Below, piece by piece: positions 54,355 through 64,000 of a stretch of DNA of 64,000 nt. A program made the position numbers and the translations under genes. How positions within the stretch are numbered: position 1 is the stretch's first letter; each line of letters begins with the position of its first letter. Below the pieces are notes generated by a model that had not been told where the DNA came from, did not search any database, and was given only the letters and a program-made list of their open reading frames with translations. This DNA comes from Octopus vulgaris (taxonomy: Eukaryota): assembly GCA_951406725.2 (NCBI GenBank), contig OX597828.1:52514001-52578000 (forward strand), given 5' to 3'.

Positions 54355-54489
54355 TAACACACACACACACACACACGCACACACATACACATACTTACAC
54401 ATCCGTCCTGCTTTTTTACACAATTCCTCCACTTTGGGTTTTCTTTCTCAATTATTTCTCTCCTTCATATTTTCATCGACTCAAGGCCA

Positions 54490-54690
54490 CAAACGTTAGC
54501 ACTCGGGACGAAATGCTTAGCGCTATTTCGTCTGTCTTTACGTTCTGAGTTCAAATACCGCCGAGGTCAGCTTTGCCATTCATCCTTTCGGGGACGATAA
54601 ATTAAGTTCTAATTGTGTCCTGGGATCGATCTAATCGACTGGCTTCCTCCTCCAAAGTTTCGGGTCTTGTGCCTAGAGTAGAGAATATTA
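54490..54690 (+). mobile_element. Deu/Nin-type SINE (diverged)
   Basis: B box plus Nin-like domain. Confidence 0.75.
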
Positions 54691-55072
54691 TTTCTTTCTT
54701 CATTATCTGTTTATTCACTAATTTCTTGTTTCTTTACTTTTTAATCTTTATCACCTATTCATTGCTTCTTTCTCCCTTTCTTTCTCTCTTTCTTTCATTC
54801 TTTCTTTCTTTCTTTCTTTCTTTCCTTCTTTCTTTCTTTCTTTCTTTCTTTCCCCCTGTCATTTTCTACTCCATTTCTTCCTACAATTTTGTTCAATCCG
54901 AGTATGTTATTTGTGATAACCACATTTTTGTTTTCACCATCGCTTTTGTAGAAACTCTATCTACCCGCTCTCTCTTCTTCATCTCTCTTCTTCTCTCTCG
55001 GTCTATCTCACCCCCTCTTCCTCTTTATATATATATGTACTTATGTATACATCCATACATATATATATATGA

Positions 55073-55104
<32 letters not shown>

Positions 55105-55189
55105 TTATATGACTATGTTTGTCTATATGTAACCTATCTATCGATCTGTTTCTGTCCATCTGTCTACCTAAATATCTATGCACATTTTA

Positions 55190-55295
<106 letters not shown>

Positions 55296-56682
55296 CTATC
55301 TATCCCTATCCATCAACATTTCCTCCAATTTTCCTTTTCTTTTTCTCTCTTTTCTTTCTTCTGCTCTTCCCCATTTTTCTCTTGCTGTTTTATGTTTTAT
55401 TTGATTATCATATTTCTTCTGTATATTTTCTTATTTTCTCCTCTTTTTTTTTAAAGTCATATTCTTATATATTCTTTTTTCTTCCTCCTCTTTCTATATA
55501 TCCTTCATTCTGTTAAAGAAATCATTATATTTACTTGCATACAACAATAGCTAAGCATTTATTTGCTGATCTCTTGAACGGTTAACCTCCCAACACTTCC
55601 ATAACGATTTACCGACCCTGTTAATAGAAAACTCTTTATATTTAATCATATAATATCGCATCATTATTGTAAGATGCCATATTTTCTAGTCATTTTCTTC
55701 ATATTTTTATTTCTTTTATCCATTTTTATTTCTTTAACAATCTTTTCCTTTTTCTTATTCTTTTTTTAACGTATCTTTTCTTCTCCTTCATTTGAAGAAA
55801 TTATCGTCTGCTCATTCATAATGGCGACCTTTTGTGTAGTGTTGTGTAGTGTTGTGTTGTGTTGTGCAATATTTGGTTGTTGTTGTTTTTTTGTGTGCGT
55901 TTTGTGTGTGCATATAATTGTGGGTTTTATTGTTTGAAGTATTTGTACGAATGATCTTTTGCATGTGTATGTATCCCTTTTCTGTGTAATAGTGAATGTG
56001 TATATATATATATATATATACATATGTGTGTGTGTGTGTGTGTGTGTATTGGTGCCTATAATAATACGCATCTTTTCAGATCGTTGAATATTGCTTTGAA
56101 TATGTTCTGTGCGCGGGGGGAGGGCGTCATGTGGCTTTGTACTTAGGCATTAGTGTGAGTAATTCAGTGTGTGTGTGTGTGTATGTATGTGTGTGTGTGT
56201 GTGTGTGTGTATGTGTGTGTGTGTGTTTGTATGTGTATGGAAGCATACATACAAACATATAATTTGAGTGATATTGTGTTTTGTCTGTATTTGTGTGCAG
56301 TAGTAGCAGCAGCAGCAGTAGTAGTAGTAGTAGTAGTAGTAGAAGTAGTTGTTGTTGTTGCTGTTGTGAGTGAATGTATCTTTTTTTTATATAAATTTCT
56401 CTATTTTTTTCCCTTCTTTCTTTCCTCATCATTTCTAACCTTCCTTCCTTCGTTAATTGATGACACGTTTTACTTTGTTTTTTTTTTATTTTGATAATTT
56501 TGTGTTTAAGTGAAGAATTCTCTGTAATACATGTGTGTATGAGTGTGTGTGCGTGTGTGTGTGTGTGTGCATTTAAATGTTACAGAGTATTTCTGACTAT
56601 ACATGCTCTCTCTCTTGTAAGTATAATAAGGTGTCGATAGAGACACACTTACGCGCGCACACTCTCATACATACGATACACA

Positions 56683-57239
<557 letters not shown>

Positions 57240-57257
57240 CACAAACACACATAGACA

Positions 57258-57407
57258 CAGGCAAAGCTGTGTCGCAAAGAGCTTTCTTCCTATCGACTGC
57301 GTTCCGGGTTCAGTCCCACTGTATAGCACATTTGGCAAGTGTCTTATCTCGTAGCCGACCAAAGACTTGTGGGTGGATTTGATAGACAGAAAAGGAAAGA
57401 AGCCTGT

Positions 57408-57475
<68 letters not shown>

Positions 57476-57740
57476 TATATATACATATATATATATATGC
57501 ATATATACATATATATATATGTGTGTATGTGTGTGTGCGTATGTATGTATATGTGTGTGTATCTTTGTGTCTGTGTTTGTCCCTCCAAACCGATATTGGT
57601 TTGTTTACACGCCCGTAAATTTAAGGTTCGGTAAAATAGACCAAGAGAATAAGTATTAGGCTTGAAAAAAGTCCTGGAGTCGATTTCTTCGACTAAAAAT
57701 AATTCTTTAAGGCGATGCCCCTGCATGGACGCTGTCGAAC
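57258..57740 (+). mobile_element. CORE-type SINE, diverged, with expanded internal (TA)n
   Basis: Head and tail similarity. Confidence 0.75.
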
Positions 57741-57770
57741 AACTAAGTTTAAAAATATGTATACATACTG

Positions 57771-57834
<64 letters not shown>

Positions 57835-57844
57835 TAGATAGATA

Positions 57845-58918
57845 CTCAAACAGTGACCGAGTGGGACAGAGCCATACACACTTCCGTTGTGCAGCAATAC
57901 ACATTTTAAACTACGTCTATGATCTGTCTATGAAAAGACTTCAGTCCTCTGATTTGTATTCCTCAATGCCAAGTTTATTTAGAAGCCCACTGACTTTTCT
58001 GCAGTAAACCAGCTCTTCCTCTATTGTAAAGAAAGGAACTCTTCATGCCGACACCGATAAAAGGTCATACGGACACCATTTTCTAAAAGAGTCTTCTCAT
58101 TCAGTCGGGAAGCGAACATTTCTGGAGAATTTTTGGGGAGGTTCAAGTCACGAACTAGATCATCCAGCTTTACCTGTGAGAAAAGTTGAGGTAAAGTCTC
58201 AACTGAAAAGTCTTGATCTCTAGTGTCATCTTCAAGTGATGAATCCTCTTTGGTTGAAAGTAAAGTTATCTGAAGCAAGACATTGAAGATAGGAACAGGA
58301 AGCTTTTCACTGTTTGGAATGGATCTGATAGCAGGGACAAGATTTGGAAAGACAAACATTTGTCGATTTTTCCGGTTTATACCCTTCAAATTTAAGTTAC
58401 AAAAATAGCAGTCGTCCACAGGATTATAGGGCTCCGGCCATTCCTCTGGTGTAGCAACCCTCATATTTTTCCTTGACCCTTTAGTCCATTGTCGCAAATG
58501 TTCTCTACATTGTTTGCAGACACTTGGTCTCTCAGCTTGACCCCAAAATATGCAATATACGCTCTTTCAGCAAAAACCAATGTTGTTTTTTTTTTCGATT
58601 CTCAGGTAATGTATATTCCCCACATTTTGAGAATTAACACAACACCTTCTTGAAGAGGACATCTTGTTCATTTTGTGTTGCTTAGTTCACCATAACATCT
58701 AAAACGTATGGAAAAAGAAGAAAAAAAAACAGAATTAGAATAAGGTAACGAACACTGCGTACTGGACGCACACACATACATAGTGACTATAAGGATGTTC
58801 AATAACTTAAACACTTGATCTGATAGGTCAAAAAGAAGGTTATATTTGGATTCAGGAGACCGATATTGTATAAGAATCATATCTATTTCCTAAGCATCAA
58901 AACCCTTGTAGACCAGTA
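57845..58918 (-). mobile_element. Decayed Chapaev3-like (CMC) DNA transposon, 5' part
   Basis: MSSSRRCCVNS..CGEYT; W.EP.N..DDCYFC; FSQVKLDDLVRDLNL..ASRLNEK.LL; LFID..RSLKCVLLHNG..SVPLGH; terminus TACTGGTCTACAA (CACTG-like). Family name is from recall. Confidence 0.7.
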
Positions 58919-58927
58919 TTATCAAAT

Positions 58928-59318
58928 ACTCTTTTACTCTTTTACTCTTTTACTTGTTTCAGTCATTTGACTGCGGCTATGCTGGAGCACCGCCTTTGGT
59001 CGAGCAAATCAACCCCGGGACTTATTCTTTGTAAGCCCAGTACTTATTCTATCGGTCAGTTTTGTCGAACCGCTAAGTGACGGGGACGTAAACACACCAG
59101 CACCGGTTGTCAAGCAATGCCAGAGGGACAAACAACAGACACACAAACATATACATATATATATATGCGTCAGGCTTCTTTCAGTTTCCGTCTACTCACA
59201 AATCCACTCACAAGGCTTTGATCGGCCCGAGGCTATAGCAGAAGACACTTGCCCAAGCTGCCACGCAGTGGGACTGAACCCGGAACCATGTGGTTGGTTA
59301 GCAAGCTACTACCACACA
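58928..59318 (-). mobile_element. CORE-type SINE
   Basis: Similarity, (ACTCTTTT)n tail. Confidence 0.88.
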
Positions 59319-59899
59319 TATCTTGATAAAAAAATCTGAATTATAATTAAAATAAATAGTAATATTAATGTCAAGTTAAATATATACTAATTGGATGATT
59401 GACTTAATTGTGTAAATATTAGTATATTCCTCGAATATACTAATGTTTTTGTATTCACTATATACTAATGTTTTTGTATTTTTGTATTCGAATGTTTTTG
59501 TATTCACTTAATCATATTATTGTAATAAAAGATATATTGAGCACAGATCTTGATGACGTAAAATGTAGCTACAGTATCATAAGTGGATTGAATACGTCAT
59601 AGTCACGTGACACGCGGTAATCAATGTTTAATTACTAAATAAAAATAAGTGCCTAATTATTAAAAATAGCAGTTATGTCTAAGTGACTTGGATAATAATT
59701 CTTAAATTAAATAATGAGTTTTACTAGCGTGTCATACTCTCACAAATAATAATGAGAAGTTAGGAATAAACCGGTTTACTTAACGTTGACCTTATCCGCA
59801 AATATTGTTTATGTAAATTTTACGGTTAATTTGTTTTTCAAATATATTAACGCGCACGCGGATACAAATAAGATAAATAAAAAATAATAATAATGATAA

Positions 59900-60300
59900 C
59901 AGGAGTGGCTGTGTGGTAAGTAGCTTGCTAACTAACCACATGGTTCCGGGTTCAGTCCCACTGCGTGGCATCTTGGGCAAGTGTCTTCTGCTATAGCCTC
60001 GGGCCGACCAATGCCTTGTGAGTGGATTTGGTAGACGGAAACTGAAAGAAGCCTGTCGTATATATGTATGTATATGTGTATGTGTGTGTATATGTTTGTG
60101 TGTCTGTGTTTGTCCCTCTAGCATTGCTTGACAACCGATGCTGGTGTGTTTACGTCCCCGTCACTTAGCGGTTCGGCAAAAGAGACCGATAGAATAAGTA
60201 CTGGGCTTACGAAAGAATAAGTTCCGGGCTCGATTTGATCGACTAAAAGGCGGTGCTCCAGCATGGCCGCAGTCAAAATGGCTGAAACAAGTAAAAGAGA
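59900..60300 (+). mobile_element. CORE-type SINE, young copy
   Basis: Full-length similarity. Confidence 0.9.
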
Positions 60301-60670
60301 AAATAACAAGATTGCATATAAACATATAACGGCTTTTTAAAATATCAACATAAACATGCGCACGTAACTAAATGAATGTTTATATTCTGAGTCTGTCAAT
60401 GATCAATCGATCCATTTTTGCCGAACCGCTAGATTACGGGGTCGTAAACACACCAGCGTCGGATGTCAAATATTTAATTTCGTTATTTGAACTGAGCATA
60501 GAAACAATTGTAGGTTGTAAGGAATTGAGATTATTTGTAATTGGAGTTTTATTAGTAAATTGATGTCTATCAGTCGATTTCTCAATTTTCTTTCGTTGTA
60601 CAGAAATGTTGATATACCCACTTGCATAGAGGAGGAGCTCACATATTTTTAGCACTCAGCCAAACACTGG

Positions 60671-60671
<1 letters not shown>

Positions 60672-60756
<85 letters not shown>

Positions 60757-60761
60757 CATAT

Positions 60762-60818
<57 letters not shown>
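60672..60818. repeat. (AAT)n(CA)n(TA)n
   Basis: Directly visible. Confidence 0.95.
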
Positions 60819-60822
<4 letters not shown>

Positions 60823-60909
60823 TAGATAAAACTTAGATATGTTTCGACCAAAGATTGGTCCAGGCCATGTCTAACTTAATAGCACCACCTGATAGGATTA
60901 TTCGAATCC

Positions 60910-61197
60910 TGTTTAAGTCAAGTTTTGTTTAAGTCAAGTTTTGTTCAAGTAGTGAGTTCTTGTTGGGTGAGTTGTATCAAGTTTTGTTCAAGTAGTGAGT
61001 TCTTGTTGGGTGAGTTGTATCCAATTATGGGTGGCTTATCTGGTATTCTTTGAAGGAATCTATCCAGACTCCGTTTAAAGTTGATGGGATCCTTTTCCTC
61101 TTGATCTCCCTCGAGACAATGTTAAATAGGGCAGAGCCTGTTGAGGAAAAGAAATTATGTTGCAGTGTACATGTATGTTGTAATCTTGAATTGGGCA
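60910..61197 (-). mobile_element. CR1/L2-like LINE 3' end with tandemly duplicated terminus
   Basis: TLQHNFFSSTGSALFNIVSREIK-EEKDPINFKRSLDRFLQRIPDKPPIIGYNSPNKNSLLE; about 43-bp duplication at about 60935-61021. Confidence 0.7.
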
Positions 61198-61247
61198 TAT
61201 ATATATATGTATGTATATATATGTAGATATATATATAGAGAGAGAGA

Positions 61248-61630
61248 GGCGCAGGAGTGGCTCTCTAGTAAGAAGCTTGCTTCCCAACCGCATTGTTACG
61301 ATTTCAGGACAGACACCTCGGACAAGTATCTTCTAGTATAGCCTCGAGCCAACCGAAGCCTTGAGAGTCGATTGGTGGACCTAAAACGAAAAAAGTCTCG
61401 TCGCGTACATATAAATAAATAAATAGATACATATATATATATGTGTGTGTGTGTGCGTGCGTATGTGTTTCTCCCCACACCACTTGACAACCGGTGTTTC
61501 TCTGTTTATGTCCCAGTTATCTAGCGGTTCGGCACAAAAAACCGATAAAATTAAAAATAAGTACTAGGGTCGATTTATTCGACTAAATATTTTTCAAGTT
61601 GGTGACGCATCATGGCTGCAGTCTAATGAT
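61248..61630 (+). mobile_element. CORE-type SINE, old diverged copy
   Basis: Similarity to other copies. Confidence 0.75.
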
Positions 61631-61642
61631 TGTATATATATA

Positions 61643-62060
61643 GGCGCAGGAGTGGCTGTGTGGTAAGTAGCTTGCTAACCAACCACATGGTTCCGGGTTC
61701 AGTCCCACTGCGTGGCATCTTGGGCAAGTGTCTTCTGCTATAGCCCCGGGCCGACCAATGCCTTGTGAGTGGATTTGGTAGACGGAAACTGAAAGAAGCC
61801 TGTCGTATATATGTGTATATATATATATATGTATGTGAGTGTGTTTGTGTGTCTGTGTTTGTACCCCTAGCATTGCTTGACAACTGATGCTGGTGTGCTT
61901 ACGTCCCCGTCACTTAGCGGTTCGGCAAAAAGGACCGATAGAATAAGTACTGGGCTTACAAAGAATAAGTCCCGGGGTTGATTTGCTCGACTAAAGGCGG
62001 TGCTCCAGCATGGCCGCAGTCAAATGACTGAAACAAGCAAAAGAGTAAAAGAGTAAAGAG
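61643..62060 (+). mobile_element. CORE-type SINE, young full-length copy in (TA)n
   Basis: Full-length similarity; TATATATA on both sides. Confidence 0.9.
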
Positions 62061-62680
62061 TATATATATATACATATATGTGTGTGTGTATGTATGTTTA
62101 TGTGTGTATATATATATATATAAACATACTCGCACTCACACATATATATGTATATATATGTGTGTGTGCGCGTGTGTGTGTGTGTGCATGTGTGTGTGTG
62201 TGTGTGCGCGCGCATCTATGTGATATTGGAGAAAGTTGCATATTAATTAGTATGTTACTATAAGAAAGCAATTATTAAACGCTTCGCCGTCTCAGAATTT
62301 TTTTCATGAATTCATGTTCCAAGAAATTTCCCGTAATTTCGATACCTCAAGTTCATTGAATATTTGAACTACAAGTTTTTCACAAATTTAAATATTCGTT
62401 GCATTCATCGTGGAGTAGATTTTAATGTTTAATAAACAATATTCGTTACTAGCGGAATTTTCCGTTTTCATTTGCAACAGTTTATCACCTCTATTTTCAT
62501 TAATGGTAATTTGATATATATTCATTTCAAATAGCTGTATAACTTTGAGACTTATGATAATATCGATTTCCAGAGTTTGTTCAATTTAATATTTTTGATA
62601 AAATGAAAATTTCGTAATATACCGATATAATTTCTTTCTTTTTTTTTTTTTGTTATGAAGAGGTTTTTTTGTAGGTCTGC

Positions 62681-62731
62681 TTGTTTTGATGAAGGCTGGA
62701 GGGTATATCAGACGAAACGTTGTGTTAACAA
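62681..62731 (+). ncRNA. Minimal hammerhead-like motif (C3U)
   Basis: TTGTT-TTGATGA-A-GGCTGG agggtata TCAGAC-GAAACG-TTG-TGTT-AACAA; 5'-truncated homologue at 29600-29680. Confidence 0.55.
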
Positions 62732-63010
62732 CAAACAAGATGAGGACAAATATCCGTCAAATGTAAATAATGTAAGTAACCCTAAGATTGTGTCGTATGT
62801 ACGGATTATAAATCTCTGTATTGACCTGAATGGGAACTGCTTGTGGATTTAACATTAGCAAAGTTTTAAATTCACCGTAACACTTTTTATGTATTCCCTT
62901 GGATTTCAGGTTGATGTAGAGGTTTTTTTCTATCAAACTCAAAAGAAATTCCTGTGACGTCTTGTGTCATGATATACTTACTGACTTTTTTCACCTGTTT
63001 TTTTTTTTTT

Positions 63011-63270
63011 GTTCCTTCTCGAACCATGCCTGGCTCATAAGGGCCGGTTTCCCCGGTTTCTTGGCGTATAGGTTCCCCACCTTGACGGGACGCCGGTCCG
63101 TCGCAGGTGAGCTGCAAGATGCAGGAGGAAAGAGTGAGAGAAAGAGTCAGCAGAAGTTTCGCCATTACCTTCTACCGGAGCAGCGTGGAGCTTAGGTGTT
63201 TCGCTCATAAACACACACATCGTCCGGTCTGAGAGTCCGCTGCTCTAACCACTAGGCCATGTGCCTCCAC
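63011..63270 (-). mobile_element. Meta-type SINE (B-box region deleted)
   Basis: Reverse complement of the 181-478 family. Confidence 0.8.
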
Positions 63271-64000
63271 CACTTTTTTCACTAAAACCAACCGACGCCG
63301 CTGATAGGATTTCCGGAGTTTTTTTCTCTGTTGTAGTCTCCCTCACTGGAGATTAACGTTTTTCTCTGCACTTCCATTTTGCATTTCCGCGCACGTTACT
63401 CTGCACACAAACACCATTGCACCACGTTTCACGCCACTGCACTTGACCGGCACTTACTCAATGCTTGCTGCATTATCAGCCATGAGAAACCACACACATA
63501 CCTCTGCACCTTCTGTTCCACCATATGCACACTTGTCCAACTCGATGGCGCACGGAAACTATTTTTCCATTTATAACCATCGTTATTTTCCTCTTCACAT
63601 TGACGAAGATACTGAAACTTGAAGCAAAAAAAAAACTTCTTTCCTTGCAGCGTAATACACCGACTTACCACTTCATTCGATCTTGTTTTTTGACACAATA
63701 TCCTACACACACACACACATATGGGAGACAGAAAGGCTGAGTCGTAGAAGAATCATGGTGATTATATATACGTGTGGATATAAATGAGAGTATGTAGAAA
63801 GTAGGTGATCAAATAAGTAAATGAGAGATTAATTGAGATAAGAGGGAAATGGTGTGGGTGAAGGCGTGGTAAGAGAGATAGATCGATAAATAGATAAATA
63901 GATAGAGAGATAGAGAGAGGTAGAAAGAGAGAGAGAACAAGTTGCGACAGCGAAAGCAAGAGAAAAAATATATAGGCAGAGCAATGAAAAAAAGAAAGAA

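Noticed and set aside
60831-60870. Minus-strand GAAACATATC with a short hairpin
   Set aside because: No 5' core found

Overview
Eukaryotic, AT-rich, repeat-dominated DNA with no confidently identifiable host gene. The SINE families and extreme microsatellite load look like an octopus/coleoid cephalopod genome (inferred from pattern recognition, not a database hit). Nearly all ORFs in the track are microsatellite or SINE artefacts. Supported content: over 20 copies of a tRNA-headed CORE-type SINE; about 8 Deu/Nin-domain SINE copies; Meta-type SINEs; two R4/Dong-clade RLE LINEs in (TAA)n, one with a long uninterrupted RT-CCHC-RLE frame; RTE and CR1 3' ends; Penelope-like (PLE) relics; two Tc1/mariner relics; a Chapaev3-like relic; and a non-autonomous Helitron. 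The main finding is at the RNA level. A 586-bp unit is repeated about 3.7 times (13001-15173) between (TA)n tracts, and every unit carries a minus-strand minimal type-I hammerhead ribozyme (HHR) with a palindromic stem-III loop. This is a retrozyme-like array that could yield about 586-nt monomer or circular RNAs. Eight further, mostly unrelated hammerhead-like loci are scattered through the window, including U3-A8, U3 and U6 core variants, several in fold-back structures next to (TA)n. One lies downstream of a decayed PLE GIY-YIG endonuclease. All folds were read by eye and no activity has been tested.
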